From: Candidatus Micrarchaeaceae archaeon
GTDB lineage: Archaea > Micrarchaeota > Micrarchaeia > Micrarchaeales > CABMGC01
DNA length: 48,341 bases
Direction: 5' to 3'
NCBI GenBank assembly: GCA_038877255.1
Contig: JAVYWZ010000002.1
Location: forward strand, 1 to 48,341
In this document: positions 1-9,511 of the stretch, one piece after another
Numbering within the stretch: position 1 is the first letter of the stretch
How the letters are laid out: each line of letters begins with the position of its first letter
Program-made: the position numbers and the translations under genes
Notes under the pieces: generated by a model
Database searches by the model: none
Seen by the model: the letters and a program-made list of their open reading frames with translations, nothing else
Told to the model about the DNA's origin: nothing

Positions 1-366
1 CCGTATAGTTCCTGCTTCGTCGGCAACTGCCTTCATTGCTGAAGGTCTTACATCGTCTCCACAGGCTTGACTTCCCGAATGTCCTTCGGTAGCTCTTGCG
101 CTTATTCCTCGCTCGAGTATGTTCATTGATGCATTTATGTCTCTGTCTTCCTTATTTCCGCATTTCTTGCATATGAATGTTCTTTTGTTCAGGGGCATTT
201 CCTGCACGTTTCCGCATTTAGTGAGCGTCTTCCCTGTTTCTTTGTAATACGCTTTCGATTTTTCAAGAAGAAGATTGTAGAGATTTTTTGCGAGGAACAT
301 TTGACTATCTAATTTTGCCTTTTGCTCCATTGAAGGATATGCACGGTATTTATATGCAGTTTTCAT
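1..366 (-). pseudogene. tnpB: IS200/IS605-family TnpB (OrfB/IS1341-type) remnant with a large in-frame internal deletion; 3' end runs off the window
   Basis: Own reverse-strand translation from the ATG at 366 has no stop to position 1. It reads MKTAYKYRAYPSMEQKAKLDSQMFLAKNLYNLLLEKSKAYYKETGKTL, then TKCGNVQEMPLNKRTFICKKCGNKEDRDINASMNILERGISARATEGHSGSQACGDDVRPSAMKAVADEAGTIR. The first ~48 aa match the canonical TnpB N-terminus (KAYKYRxYPxxEQ). The remainder matches the C-terminal CxxC..CxxC zinc finger plus the DRDxNA RuvC-III motif. The ~250 aa normally in between are absent. It is missing from the ORF track because it is open at the window edge. Confidence 0.7.
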
Positions 367-470
367 GACGATCATGGTTATGGCCTTATGCGTCTCAAAA
401 TTTATATGCGTTTATGCGGCTCGCTCTCATCCCCTATCTGAAGGATAGGGTTTTCCCGCTCACTTTTATA
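367..470 (-). mobile_element. Putative left-end region of the IS200/IS605-like element, with a subterminal hairpin
   Basis: A perfect 7-bp stem CCCTATC (432-438) / GATAGGG (444-450) with a 5-nt loop lies ~70 nt upstream of the tnpB ATG. An AT-rich TATA-like stretch (about 397-407) sits between the hairpin and the ATG. Subterminal hairpins are the hallmark of IS200/IS605 ends. The outer boundary cannot be set from a single copy. Confidence 0.4.
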
Positions 471-738
471 AAATAAGCTTGCACGCGCATTCTATCCGCA
501 TGCTATTCTCCAAAAGAACCACGAAAAGGTTTAGAAATTCAGAAAGCAATAGCACCAACCTGCTGAGTGTATAGCTCATATTTATAAAACTTATTGTGGA
601 AGTAAATATGGGTGTTTAGAGCATATTCTAATGATATTCCCCACCCTCTAAACGCCCGCTACGTGAATTTAGTGAAAAGGCTAAAAGATTGGAAAGCCTA
701 TTATATTTTAAGCACTAAATAATTATGTGCGCGATTTG

Positions 739-2745
739 ATGATTAAGTTCAAGGATACAAGCGAGATCAAAATACCTGAAAAGTTAATAGACCAAATTAT
801 AGGCCAAGATAAGGCCGTCGCGATAATAAAGAAGGCTGCAAAGCAGCACAGGAACGTCTTGCTCATAGGAGAGCCGGGCACAGGCAAGACAATGTTAGCA
901 CAAGGAATGGCAGAATTGCTACCAGCAACAGACCTTGAAGACGTGCTTATCTACAGGAATCCTAACAACGAAAACATGCCGCTAGTGAAAGTGGTCAAAA
1001 CATACCCCAATGGCACAGAGCCAGGCAAACCATTGCCTGATGGACAGGGTAGGCAGCTTGTCCAAAGAGAGAGATTGAACAGCAGGCTAAGCCCCAAACA
1101 GCACAGGAATATTATCGTTCCAGCAGTAGCCATAATAGTCATCGCGCTCTTCGTGCTCTCTCTCACAGGTTTATTCAAAGGCTATGAGCTCGTAGTCCTT
1201 GCGGCAGTGATACTCGGCGTTCTTGTATTCGGCTCAGCAATAGCATTCATAGGCGGCTTCAGGGGCGCAGGTATGCTTCCAGGCATATTTGAATCTGATG
1301 AGCCTAATTTAATAATAGACAATACAGGTCTCACTCATGCGCCTTTTGTAGACGCCACTGGAGCCAAGGCTGGCGCTCTATTTGGCGATGTTAAGCATGA
1401 CCCGCTCCAGAGTGGGGGCCTTGGCACGCCGCCACATCTGAGGGTAGAGAGCGGAGCCATACACAGAGCCAACAAAGGAGTCTTGTTCATAGATGAGATT
1501 GCTAACCTTGAACCAAGGGCGCAGCAGGAATTGCTAACCGCGCTTCAGGAAAAGAAGTTCTCAATATCTGGCCAGAGTGAGATGAGCTCAGGCGCAATAG
1601 TAAGAACAGAACCCGTGCCATGCGACTTTCTGTTAGTTGCAGCAGGCAATTTTCAAGATATTGAGCATATGCATCCTGCGCTAAGATCTAGGATAAGAGG
1701 TTATGGCTATGAGGTTTATGTCAATTCCACGATACCGGACACTGAGAAAAACAGAGACTCAATTATAAGGTTCATAGCGCAGGAGGTTAACAAGGACAAG
1801 CACATACCCCATTTTGATTATGGAGCTTGCTTGGAAATAATAGACGAATCAAGAAGGAGAAGCGGTAGAAAGGGAACGCTCTCGCTTATATTAAGAGATT
1901 TGGGCGGAGTCGTCAGAGCGGCAGGAGACATAGCAGTCGAGAAGAACAAAAAGATAGTGACCAGGGAAGACGTTACTGAAGCGCTGGCACTCGCAAAGCC
2001 TATAGAGGCGCAGTACGCTGACCATGTGCTCGATCAGATCAAGGAATACAAAGAGTTTCAAACCAAGGGCTATTTGATAGGCAAGGTGAATGGTCTTGCA
2101 GTTCTTGGCAGCGGCAGCATCATAACATCATCGGGCATAGTAATGCCGATAGTTGCAGAAGTTACGCCTGCAAGCTCTAGGTCTGAGGGCAAGCTCATAG
2201 CCACTGGAGAGCTTGGCAAACAGGCAAAAGAAGCGGTGCAGAACATAAGCGCTGTTATAAAGAGGCACATGCAACGCGACTTTGCGAGCTATGACATACA
2301 CGTACAGTTCATACTCCAGGCAGCAAAAGGCGTTGAAGGGGATAGCGCCAGCGTCTCTGTTGCAGTAGCAGTAATATCAGCGATGGAAGGCATACCTGTG
2401 AATCAGGAAGTGGCAATGACCGGCTCCTTAGATGTAAGGGGCAATGTGCTGCCTGTAGGCGGCATAACCTCAAAAGTAAAAGCAGCAATCGATGCCGGAA
2501 TGCATTATGTTGTAATACCCGAAAGCAATAAAGATGACGTATATATACACAAGGACGAGCTAAGAAAAATAAAAATAGTATATGCAAAAAATATAGCAGA
2601 TGTTCTGGACTGCGCACTTAAAAAGAGCGACAGAAGAGATGCGATAATATCTGAGCTTAGGCATTATCTTACTACAGACTACCGCGAAAAACCGCCATTG
2701 ATAATAAAGCAAAACCAACAAAGCAGCACACAGGGGCAAAAATGA
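739..2745 (+). CDS. lon: Archaeal membrane-bound ATP-dependent Lon protease (LonB type)
   Basis: Walker A GEPGTGKT. Two hydrophobic helices ([18 protein letters not shown] and [22 protein letters not shown]) are inserted in the AAA+ module, as in archaeal LonB. The C-terminal protease domain has GDSASVS (Ser) and SKVKAA (Lys). The track ORF starts at GTG 727. ATG 739 is preferred because the TATA-like TTATATTTTA at 701-710 predicts a transcript start near 731. Confidence 0.93.
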   Translation: MIKFKDTSEIKIPEKLIDQIIGQDKAVAIIKKAAKQHRNVLLIGEPGTGKTMLAQGMAELLPATDLEDVLIYRNPNNENMPLVKVVKTYPNGTEPGKPLPDGQGRQLVQRERLNSRLSPKQHRNIIVPAVAIIVIALFVLSLTGLFKGYELVVLAAVILGVLVFGSAIAFIGGFRGAGMLPGIFESDEPNLIIDNTGLTHAPFVDATGAKAGALFGDVKHDPLQSGGLGTPPHLRVESGAIHRANKGVLFIDEIANLEPRAQQELLTALQEKKFSISGQSEMSSGAIVRTEPVPCDFLLVAAGNFQDIEHMHPALRSRIRGYGYEVYVNSTIPDTEKNRDSIIRFIAQEVNKDKHIPHFDYGACLEIIDESRRRSGRKGTLSLILRDLGGVVRAAGDIAVEKNKKIVTREDVTEALALAKPIEAQYADHVLDQIKEYKEFQTKGYLIGKVNGLAVLGSGSIITSSGIVMPIVAEVTPASSRSEGKLIATGELGKQAKEAVQNISAVIKRHMQRDFASYDIHVQFILQAAKGVEGDSASVSVAVAVISAMEGIPVNQEVAMTGSLDVRGNVLPVGGITSKVKAAIDAGMHYVVIPESNKDDVYIHKDELRKIKIVYAKNIADVLDCALKKSDRRDAIISELRHYLTTDYREKPPLIIKQNQQSSTQGQK

Positions 2746-3884
2746 GTGTCAAAATGCCTGAAAATGATAATGGGAAAAGCGAAAACGCGCAGGTTGCTCC
2801 TGCAATTGAAAAACTTGAAACACTTGGAAAAGAAATAATATATGATATAAAGGCAGGAAAAAACCCAAAGTTCTTAACATTGAGCAGGGTCAAAAGCAAC
2901 GTCGTTTTTGACAAAAGAAAAGGCTACTTGACGCTTGGCAATTCTAAGGAAGAGAGGAATTTCATAAATGTGGCACAATCAAAAAGATTCATGCAGACAG
3001 TAGCAATAGCAGCAAAGTGCCACAAGTTCCTTCAGGAAGGCCTTCATACTACGATAAGAGGCTTATACTACCAACTTAAGTTCTCGCTTGGCGATGATGT
3101 AGATGAAAATATATTCAGTGAGCAAGCAGAATCGAATCCGCTTGTAGAAGACCTAGAGGTTGCGCTTGGAGTTAAGCGCGAAGAGCTAAACCTCAATGCC
3201 AACAGGAAGGGCGTTCTAGCAGGAAACATGAAAATAATAGATGCCTTCGGAGGCGAAGAACAGGAGATAGATTGCAGCAGGCAGGGCAGGAGCGGCTGGG
3301 CGATACCAAGCGATGTTGATAGCGGCATGCAGTTTCTCGATATAAAGGCAAAGTACGTGCTTGTAGTAGAAAAGGATGCGCTCTGGCAGAGGCTCAATGA
3401 AGACGGTTTCTGGAAGAAAGAAAATGCAATACTGATAACGCCGCAGGGCCAGGCTGCAAGAGGCACGAGAAGGCTTATAAAGAGGCTTGCCGATATGGGC
3501 TTGCCCGTGTATGTATTTACTGACAGCGATGCGTGGGGCTGGTACATTTACTGGACTATAAAGACAGGAAGCATAAACCTTGCATACATAGGCACTGACG
3601 TTGCTACACCAAATGCAAAGTTTATTGGCGTTACGATGTCAGACCTTGACAGGTACGATTTTTTAAAGAAACTTACGATAAATACCAGCGAAACAGATAT
3701 AAAGCGCGCGCAAGAGATGCTGCAATACGAGTGGATAAAAAAAGAAAAGGCATGGGTGAGCGAGCTTGAAACCATGATAAAATCAAAAAAGAAGCTCGAA
3801 CAAGACGCGCTCCAAGGCCCAAGGCTTACGTTTGTAGACGAGTACATAAAGGAAAAAATAGCTAAAAAAGAATTTCTCCCTTAG
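2742..3884 (+). CDS. top6A: DNA topoisomerase VI subunit A (Spo11 family)
   Basis: Catalytic Tyr context [10 protein letters not shown]. Toprim motifs VLVVEKDA (Glu) and [12 protein letters not shown] (DxD). ATGA start/stop overlap with lon. Confidence 0.9.
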   Translation: MSVKMPENDNGKSENAQVAPAIEKLETLGKEIIYDIKAGKNPKFLTLSRVKSNVVFDKRKGYLTLGNSKEERNFINVAQSKRFMQTVAIAAKCHKFLQEGLHTTIRGLYYQLKFSLGDDVDENIFSEQAESNPLVEDLEVALGVKREELNLNANRKGVLAGNMKIIDAFGGEEQEIDCSRQGRSGWAIPSDVDSGMQFLDIKAKYVLVVEKDALWQRLNEDGFWKKENAILITPQGQAARGTRRLIKRLADMGLPVYVFTDSDAWGWYIYWTIKTGSINLAYIGTDVATPNAKFIGVTMSDLDRYDFLKKLTINTSETDIKRAQEMLQYEWIKKEKAWVSELETMIKSKKKLEQDALQGPRLTFVDEYIKEKIAKKEFLP

Positions 3885-3967
3885 GCAGCAAAGCAAAGGA
3901 ATATTACTGCTTTATGTATTTTTTTATAATTCCTATATTTTTTATATTTCCTATACTTTCTATTTTC

Positions 3968-5281
3968 CTATAGAGTGCCTGCGCTCAGCAGGTCTATCTT
4001 TTCGAGAGCCTGATGCGGATTGTCGTAATACGCTTTTACGAATTCGTTTATGCCTCTTAGATCGCGAATGCCAAGCTCATTGAGCCTTTGCAGAATCTTG
4101 CCGCGCCTTTGTTCCTCCATTATTATTTCTGTTGGCGTGTAGCCCGTAAGCTTGGATAGCGTGTCCCTGTAAGTGACGCTTGGCAGTATGTCAGAGCTCT
4201 TATGTGTTTTGTAATCGTAAGTATAGAGGTCGCTGAGCAGCACCTGGGTTTCAATCCCGGAAATCTCTGAAACTTGGGTTATCTTCCTTATAAACTTGCC
4301 ATTCTCGTTTACCTGCGATACTATCACTATGGCGTCGATAAGTGGTATTACGTCTTTTTCTATATTCATTGGCGTGTGCTCTAGCCTAGTTATTACATCT
4401 CGTGCCGTGCTTGCGTGAATTGTGCCCATCGCTATCTTTCCGATGTTCATTGCTGTAATCATGTCCTTTGCTTCTTCGCCTCTGACTTCTCCAATTATGA
4501 TCATATCGGGCCTCATCCTTAGCGCGTTCTTTACAAGTTCTTCCATTGGCAAGTCGGGGCTTGTCTCAAGCCTTACCGTATTCTCCTGTGTTTCTGCGTT
4601 TAGCTCATAGGTCTCTTCTATTAAAACGATGCGCATGTCTGGCCTGAAGAAGCTAAACATTGCATTGAGGAGCGTTGTCTTGCCGCTCGCCGGCATGCCG
4701 CCTATGAGCAGGTTTGCCGGCCTGACTTTCAATCCTTCTACATAAAGCCAGAGCCTTCCGGCCATGTTATAGCTTAGTTCGCCGCTATTTATCAGGTCTA
4801 TTATGCTCATGGCACGAGGCTTGAAGTTTCTTATTGTTATGTTGGCCCCAAGAGGTGAATTGACTATATTTGCGCGTGATCCATTAGGTAGATGCACATC
4901 AAATATCTGTTCGTTTGCAACTGCCGTGGTTGCATACATCTTCATCTTCTTGACAAGCAGGTCAAGATCAGTGCCGGAGGCTACGCGTTCCTGTACCTTT
5001 TTTGAACCTGAGCCAGATATATAAACAAAAATGTTTGATGTGTTGTTTATCATTATATCCTCAACATTATCTGCAAACAGGTATTTGTCTATGGGTGCGA
5101 AGCTCCGTGATTCTTGGATAAGCCTGCTTATTTCATCCTCGCTTGCCGTTGGCTTTATAGTCTTCGCTATGTTGCGTATTTGGTCATTCTTCTCTGAATC
5201 AGTAGTAAAAAGCGAGAGCTTTCCTTCCAGAGCGTTAAAAACAGCGGACTCCAGGCTCTTGAAAGACTCGTCATTAGTCAT
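3968..5281 (-). CDS. Type II/IV secretion-family ATPase (archaeal FlaI/PilB/VirB11-like)
   Basis: Walker A GGMPASGKTT, Asp/Walker B box PDMIIIGEVRGEEA, His box GTIHAS. The 437 aa length is typical of archaeal type IV pilus/archaellum assembly ATPases. Confidence 0.85.
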   Translation of the reverse strand: MTNDESFKSLESAVFNALEGKLSLFTTDSEKNDQIRNIAKTIKPTASEDEISRLIQESRSFAPIDKYLFADNVEDIMINNTSNIFVYISGSGSKKVQERVASGTDLDLLVKKMKMYATTAVANEQIFDVHLPNGSRANIVNSPLGANITIRNFKPRAMSIIDLINSGELSYNMAGRLWLYVEGLKVRPANLLIGGMPASGKTTLLNAMFSFFRPDMRIVLIEETYELNAETQENTVRLETSPDLPMEELVKNALRMRPDMIIIGEVRGEEAKDMITAMNIGKIAMGTIHASTARDVITRLEHTPMNIEKDVIPLIDAIVIVSQVNENGKFIRKITQVSEISGIETQVLLSDLYTYDYKTHKSSDILPSVTYRDTLSKLTGYTPTEIIMEEQRRGKILQRLNELGIRDLRGINEFVKAYYDNPHQALEKIDLLSAGTL

Positions 5282-5367
5282 AACATCATGGCAATCATAC
5301 GAATGTTAATAATAAATATCTCACTCCTGAGAACGGGTGCGCTGCGCAGCCCATTGGCCTTTGCTTT

Positions 5368-5973
5368 TTACCTTGTTGCCTCGTATATTTCAGCTGCGCC
5401 CCTGAGCAAGAAGAAAGTAATAAGATAAGCAACGAGAACATAGCCTATGACTTTCGGCCAGCCAAGAACAAAGACGAGCGTCAGGTATGAAAAAACAACT
5501 GCTTTTGACGCACCAATAGCGCCACGAGCCAGATGCGAATATGCTATTTTGCCGAATCCTGTACGCATATTATGGAATGTTTTCTTGCTTGTAGATACAA
5601 ATGCATCTGAGAGCGAGTTCCTTATTATCACAATGAATAATATGAACAATGGAACTACGTGCAGAAATGCAAACGCGATCCAAAAGGTGTACTCTGTTAT
5701 GCGGTCACCTGCTATGTCTAACGCTGAACCGTATTTAGGCAATTTGGCCACGTCTTCTTCTTTATAAACGTGCTTGCCATGCGCCTCTATTGTTATGTAC
5801 TTTATAAAGTTGGTTTTGCTGCCCAATGCCAAATAACCGTCAACTTCGTCAAGTAAAAATGCAACAAGTATCAGTAACACCAGAGCAGCTGCATTGAACT
5901 TAAGGTAAATTAGATAAGCTATTGCAAATACAAGCAGCACTCTAAATATGGTAACAGCATCTGCACTTCTCAT
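5368..5973 (-). CDS. CDP-alcohol phosphatidyltransferase family membrane protein (divergent signature)
   Basis: Multi-pass hydrophobic protein with DEVDGYLA ... GSALDIAGD, resembling DxxDGxxAR..GxxxDxxxD. The N-terminal AVTIFRVLL resembles the family NxxTxxR start. Confidence 0.6.
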   Translation of the reverse strand: MRSADAVTIFRVLLVFAIAYLIYLKFNAAALVLLILVAFLLDEVDGYLALGSKTNFIKYITIEAHGKHVYKEEDVAKLPKYGSALDIAGDRITEYTFWIAFAFLHVVPLFILFIVIIRNSLSDAFVSTSKKTFHNMRTGFGKIAYSHLARGAIGASKAVVFSYLTLVFVLGWPKVIGYVLVAYLITFFLLRGAAEIYEATR

Positions 5974-6031
5974 GCAATTACATTTAAAAGATATGCACTT
6001 AAAACATATAAGCTGTTATGATATAAATTAT

Positions 6032-9000
6032 ATGCAACTACAAGTAGGCGAGTTTTTGGCTGATTTGATAAAGAACGAGGAAGACGTGCTTGCATATTGG
6101 CGCTCAAACAACATAATTGCAAGCATAAGGTCAAAGAACAGAGGAAAGAAGCCGTTCTACTTCCTAGATGGCCCGCCTTTTGTTAGCGGCGATTTGCATC
6201 CTGGCCAAATGTGGGTAAAAAGCATGAAAGACGCCATTTTGCGATACAAAAGGCTTAGAGGCTATGACGTTTATGACAGGGCCGGCTACGATGTGCATGG
6301 CCTTCCGATAGAGATGCGCGCAGAGTCGAGCCTGAATGTAAAATCAAAGAAAGAGATAGAAACACGCATAGGCGTTGAAAAATTTGTCAGAAGCTGCAAA
6401 GAATATGTAGAGGCGTATATAGGCAGGATGGACGCTGATTATGAGCGTTTTGGCATCTCCCTTGATTTCTCAAACCCATATTTGCCATATAAAAAAGAGT
6501 ACATAGAAACCGAGTGGGCTATGTTCAAGAAAATGTATGATAAAGGATTCATATACAAGGAAAAGAAAGTGGTGCCATATTGCACACGCTGCGGTACAGT
6601 TCTCTCGCAAGGCAGCATGGAAGTAGTTTACCAAAATGACCCAGATCCTTCCATATTCGTTGCAGTTAAAGCGGTAAAGTCAGGCAAGATAGAAATAGAT
6701 GACAACACATACTTGCTAATTTGGACAACTACGCCATGGACATTGATTGCGAATATCGCAATAGCAGTAAATCCTGAAGCAAAGTATGTAACTGTCAAAA
6801 TAGCAGATCGAAAATATGTGCTTGCGAAAGACAGACTCGATTCTGTGGTATCGCTGCTTGGCGAAAGCGCGGTAGTTGAAGCAGAGTATTTCGGGAGCGA
6901 GCTCGTAGGCACAAAATACAAGAGTATATTGCAAAGCAAGGTGCCTGCACAAACCGATTTTGAAAGATATCACAGAGTGATTGCGGCAAAAGAAATAGTC
7001 AGCACAGAGGAAGGCACCGGGCTTGTACACATAGCTCCAGGCCATGGACTTGATGACTACCGTATTGGTAAAAAAGAAAAATTGCCAATTTTCTCTCCAA
7101 TAGATAAGGATGGCGTTTATACTGAAGAAGCAGGAGCATACAAGGGGCTAAAGGTGCCAGAAGAAGCCAACGCAAAAATGATTGAAGACCTAAAAGCAGA
7201 AGGTGTGCTTGTCAGTTCAGGCACTCTTGTTCATAGTTATCCTCACTGTTGGCGCTGCAACACGAAGCTCATTTATCTCGCAACAGACCAGTGGTTTGCA
7301 AACATACAGAGAATAAAGAAAAAAGCCATAAGCGAGAACAGGAAAGTTTCATGGCATCCTGCTGAAGCGCAAAAATGGCAGGAAGAACTTTTGGAGAGTT
7401 CGCCTGACTGGGTCGTCTCAAGGCAGAGGTACTGGGGCGTGCCTATGCCAATTTGGGAAGGCGACGGAACAGTGCTTGTAATAGGCTCGCTTGATGAGCT
7501 TAAAGCTCATGCAGTAGACAGAGCAAAGGTTGACACGCTGCAGGATCTTCATAGGCCATATATTGACGAGATAGTGCTCCAAGGGCCCAACGGCGAGAAG
7601 CTGCACAGGGTCAGCGACGTGCTCGACGTTTGGTTCGACTCCTCAATCGCATTCAGGGCGAGCCTTACAGACGAGCAGTTTGAAAAGCTGTTCCCGATGG
7701 ACTTCATACTTGAAGCGGTAGAGCAGCTGCGCGGCTGGTTCAGCTATCAGATAAAATCAAGTGTCATGATCTATGGCAAGAGGCCGTTCAAGAATGTGGT
7801 AATGCATGGTATGATGCTCGGCGAAGATGGGAGAGAGCTACATAAGCACTTAGGCAATTACATACCTCTTCATGAATTGCTAAAGCAAACAACTGCTGAT
7901 TCATTCAGGCTCTGGTGTGTCTCACACAATCCGCGCCTCGACCTGCTCTTTAGAATAAAGGACATACAGGAAGCAAACAAAGTCATCATGCTGCTTTACA
8001 ACATAGCGAACCTTTACAAGGAGTACTCGAGCTCAGCAGGATACGTGCCCAAAAAAGTAAAGGCGCCACGCGCGCTGAATGATTACGAAGACGCCTGGAT
8101 TGTGTCTAGACTAAACAGCACGCTAAATACGGTAACAGAATCATTTGACAATTACGAGATAGATGTGGCTGCAAACAGCATAAAGAGATTCATAGTTGAA
8201 GACTTCAGCAGGCTTTATCTCAAGATAGCAAAGAAGAGGATTGCAGAGAGCAAAGCACAGGCAAGAAAGAAGATAAACACAATAAATTATATACTCCGCA
8301 ATATGCTGCTCGCAATATCGCCAATAACGCCGTTCGCGGCTGAGAAGATTTATCTAGATCTTTACAGTGACAAAAAAAGCATATTTCTTAATGATTGGCC
8401 GCACTATAAGGCAAAACTGATAAACAAAGAACTGGAAGAAGACTTCACAAGAAGCTATGAGGCCATTGCAGCTCTTCTTTATGCGAGAGAGCACGCAAAC
8501 ATAAAGCTGAGGCAGCCACTTGAAAACGCAGAAATAGAAACTAGCAATGATGATGCATTCAATTCCATGCTGAAGCTAGAGCAGCTTATTGAAGAATATA
8601 CAAACATAAAGAAAGTAACAATAAAAAAGGTCAGCAACGTAGGAGAAAGGCTCATGCCTGTGTTTAGCAAGATAGGGCCTGCATTCAAGGAAAACGCACA
8701 GATAATAGCAAAAGCACTTCAAGCTGCAATACCGGAAGAGGTCAACAAGGAGATTGCGGTAAAAGGCGATTACGAATTGCATACAGAGAAGGGCACTTTC
8801 AAAATACTGCCCGAGCATTTCACAATAGTAAAGACAAAAGAGGAGGGGGCAATAGCATTTGCTTATGGCGTTGTACGCATAAGCACAGAGATAAGCAAAG
8901 CGCTCAAGGAAGAAGCCATGGTGCGCGAGATAGAAAGGCGCATACAGCTCGCAAGAAAGATGATGGAGCTGCGCAAGTATGACGTAATAAGCGTTAACTA

Positions 9001-9172
9001 TGAAGCAGACGAAGGCATAGCCGAACAAATACAACTAAACAAAAACAAGATAATGCGCGCGGTGAACGCAAAGAATATTAAGTTAGGCCTTGAACCTGAG
9101 CCTCAGCCAACCGAATTCAAAATTGAAAACAGTAGCATAAAGCTCCAGATAAAGAAAGAAGAAAAGGAGTAG
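6032..9172 (+). CDS. ileS: Isoleucyl-tRNA synthetase
   Basis: Class Ia architecture: FYFLDGPPFVSG..HPGQ (HIGH position), CP1/editing region TTTPWTL, WCxSRQRYWG-like VSRQRYWGVPMP, ELHKHLGN at the KMSKS position, and a long C-terminal extension. The track ORF begins at 5948 and would overlap the upstream minus-strand gene. ATG 6032 (MQLQVGEF..) is preferred. Confidence 0.9.
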   Translation: MQLQVGEFLADLIKNEEDVLAYWRSNNIIASIRSKNRGKKPFYFLDGPPFVSGDLHPGQMWVKSMKDAILRYKRLRGYDVYDRAGYDVHGLPIEMRAESSLNVKSKKEIETRIGVEKFVRSCKEYVEAYIGRMDADYERFGISLDFSNPYLPYKKEYIETEWAMFKKMYDKGFIYKEKKVVPYCTRCGTVLSQGSMEVVYQNDPDPSIFVAVKAVKSGKIEIDDNTYLLIWTTTPWTLIANIAIAVNPEAKYVTVKIADRKYVLAKDRLDSVVSLLGESAVVEAEYFGSELVGTKYKSILQSKVPAQTDFERYHRVIAAKEIVSTEEGTGLVHIAPGHGLDDYRIGKKEKLPIFSPIDKDGVYTEEAGAYKGLKVPEEANAKMIEDLKAEGVLVSSGTLVHSYPHCWRCNTKLIYLATDQWFANIQRIKKKAISENRKVSWHPAEAQKWQEELLESSPDWVVSRQRYWGVPMPIWEGDGTVLVIGSLDELKAHAVDRAKVDTLQDLHRPYIDEIVLQGPNGEKLHRVSDVLDVWFDSSIAFRASLTDEQFEKLFPMDFILEAVEQLRGWFSYQIKSSVMIYGKRPFKNVVMHGMMLGEDGRELHKHLGNYIPLHELLKQTTADSFRLWCVSHNPRLDLLFRIKDIQEANKVIMLLYNIANLYKEYSSSAGYVPKKVKAPRALNDYEDAWIVSRLNSTLNTVTESFDNYEIDVAANSIKRFIVEDFSRLYLKIAKKRIAESKAQARKKINTINYILRNMLLAISPITPFAAEKIYLDLYSDKKSIFLNDWPHYKAKLINKELEEDFTRSYEAIAALLYAREHANIKLRQPLENAEIETSNDDAFNSMLKLEQLIEEYTNIKKVTIKKVSNVGERLMPVFSKIGPAFKENAQIIAKALQAAIPEEVNKEIAVKGDYELHTEKGTFKILPEHFTIVKTKEEGAIAFAYGVVRISTEISKALKEEAMVREIERRIQLARKMMELRKYDVISVNYEADEGIAEQIQLNKNKIMRAVNAKNIKLGLEPEPQPTEFKIENSSIKLQIKKEEKE

Positions 9173-9186
9173 CTGCGCCTGCGCGC

Positions 9187-9399
9187 CTATACTACCGGAG
9201 TTCCTATTACGTCTGTTACCTTGGCGCTCTTGAATGCGCTCCTTTTACTGATGTCGCTCCAACAATCTTTACAGATTACTAGCCTTACGGACTTGCTGAG
9301 CCTGCGTGAACTTTTCATGCATTCTGTGCCTATCTTTCTCCCACAGTAGTTGCATACTTCGTACTTATAAATTTCTCTTTTGCATCTTTCGCAAAGCAT
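9187..9399 (-). CDS. Small zinc-ribbon protein, function unknown
   Basis: MLCERCKREIYKYEVCNYCGRK..VICKDCW gives CxxC-x10-CxxC plus a further CxxC. The track ORF starts at TTG 9414. ATG 9399 fits the TATA-like TTTTTATACC about 30 nt upstream. Confidence 0.5.
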   Translation of the reverse strand: MLCERCKREIYKYEVCNYCGRKIGTECMKSSRRLSKSVRLVICKDCWSDISKRSAFKSAKVTDVIGTPVV

Positions 9400-9511
9400 A
9401 AAATCATTATTCAATTTGTATGAAAAGGTATAAAAAGCCAGTCAAAGAGCCCAGTTCCGTTACGCGAACGCAATAGCAAAAGATAAGTAGATTGATAGAC
9501 AAATATTTGGC

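Noticed and set aside
367-726. A search for a decayed IS200-type tnpA (HUH/Y1 transposase) next to the tnpB remnant.
   Set aside because: Translating both strands gave only short frames without HxH or catalytic-Tyr motifs. The element appears to be tnpB-only (IS1341-like), or the tnpA is completely lost.
3930-3972. Three TTCCTATA copies at ~17-bp spacing in the convergent spacer between top6A and the ATPase gene.
   Set aside because: They are very short and embedded in a T/A-rich termination region. The last copy overlaps the ATPase stop codon. This most likely reflects oligo-T/AT-rich terminator composition rather than a functional repeat array.
5948-6031. An N-terminal extension of the ileS ORF (MVTASALLMQLHLKDMHLKHISCYDINY) as given in the track.
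   Set aside because: It would overlap the start of the divergent CDP-alcohol transferase gene. It has no counterpart in IleRS N-termini. ATG 6032 gives the usual distance to the HIGH region.
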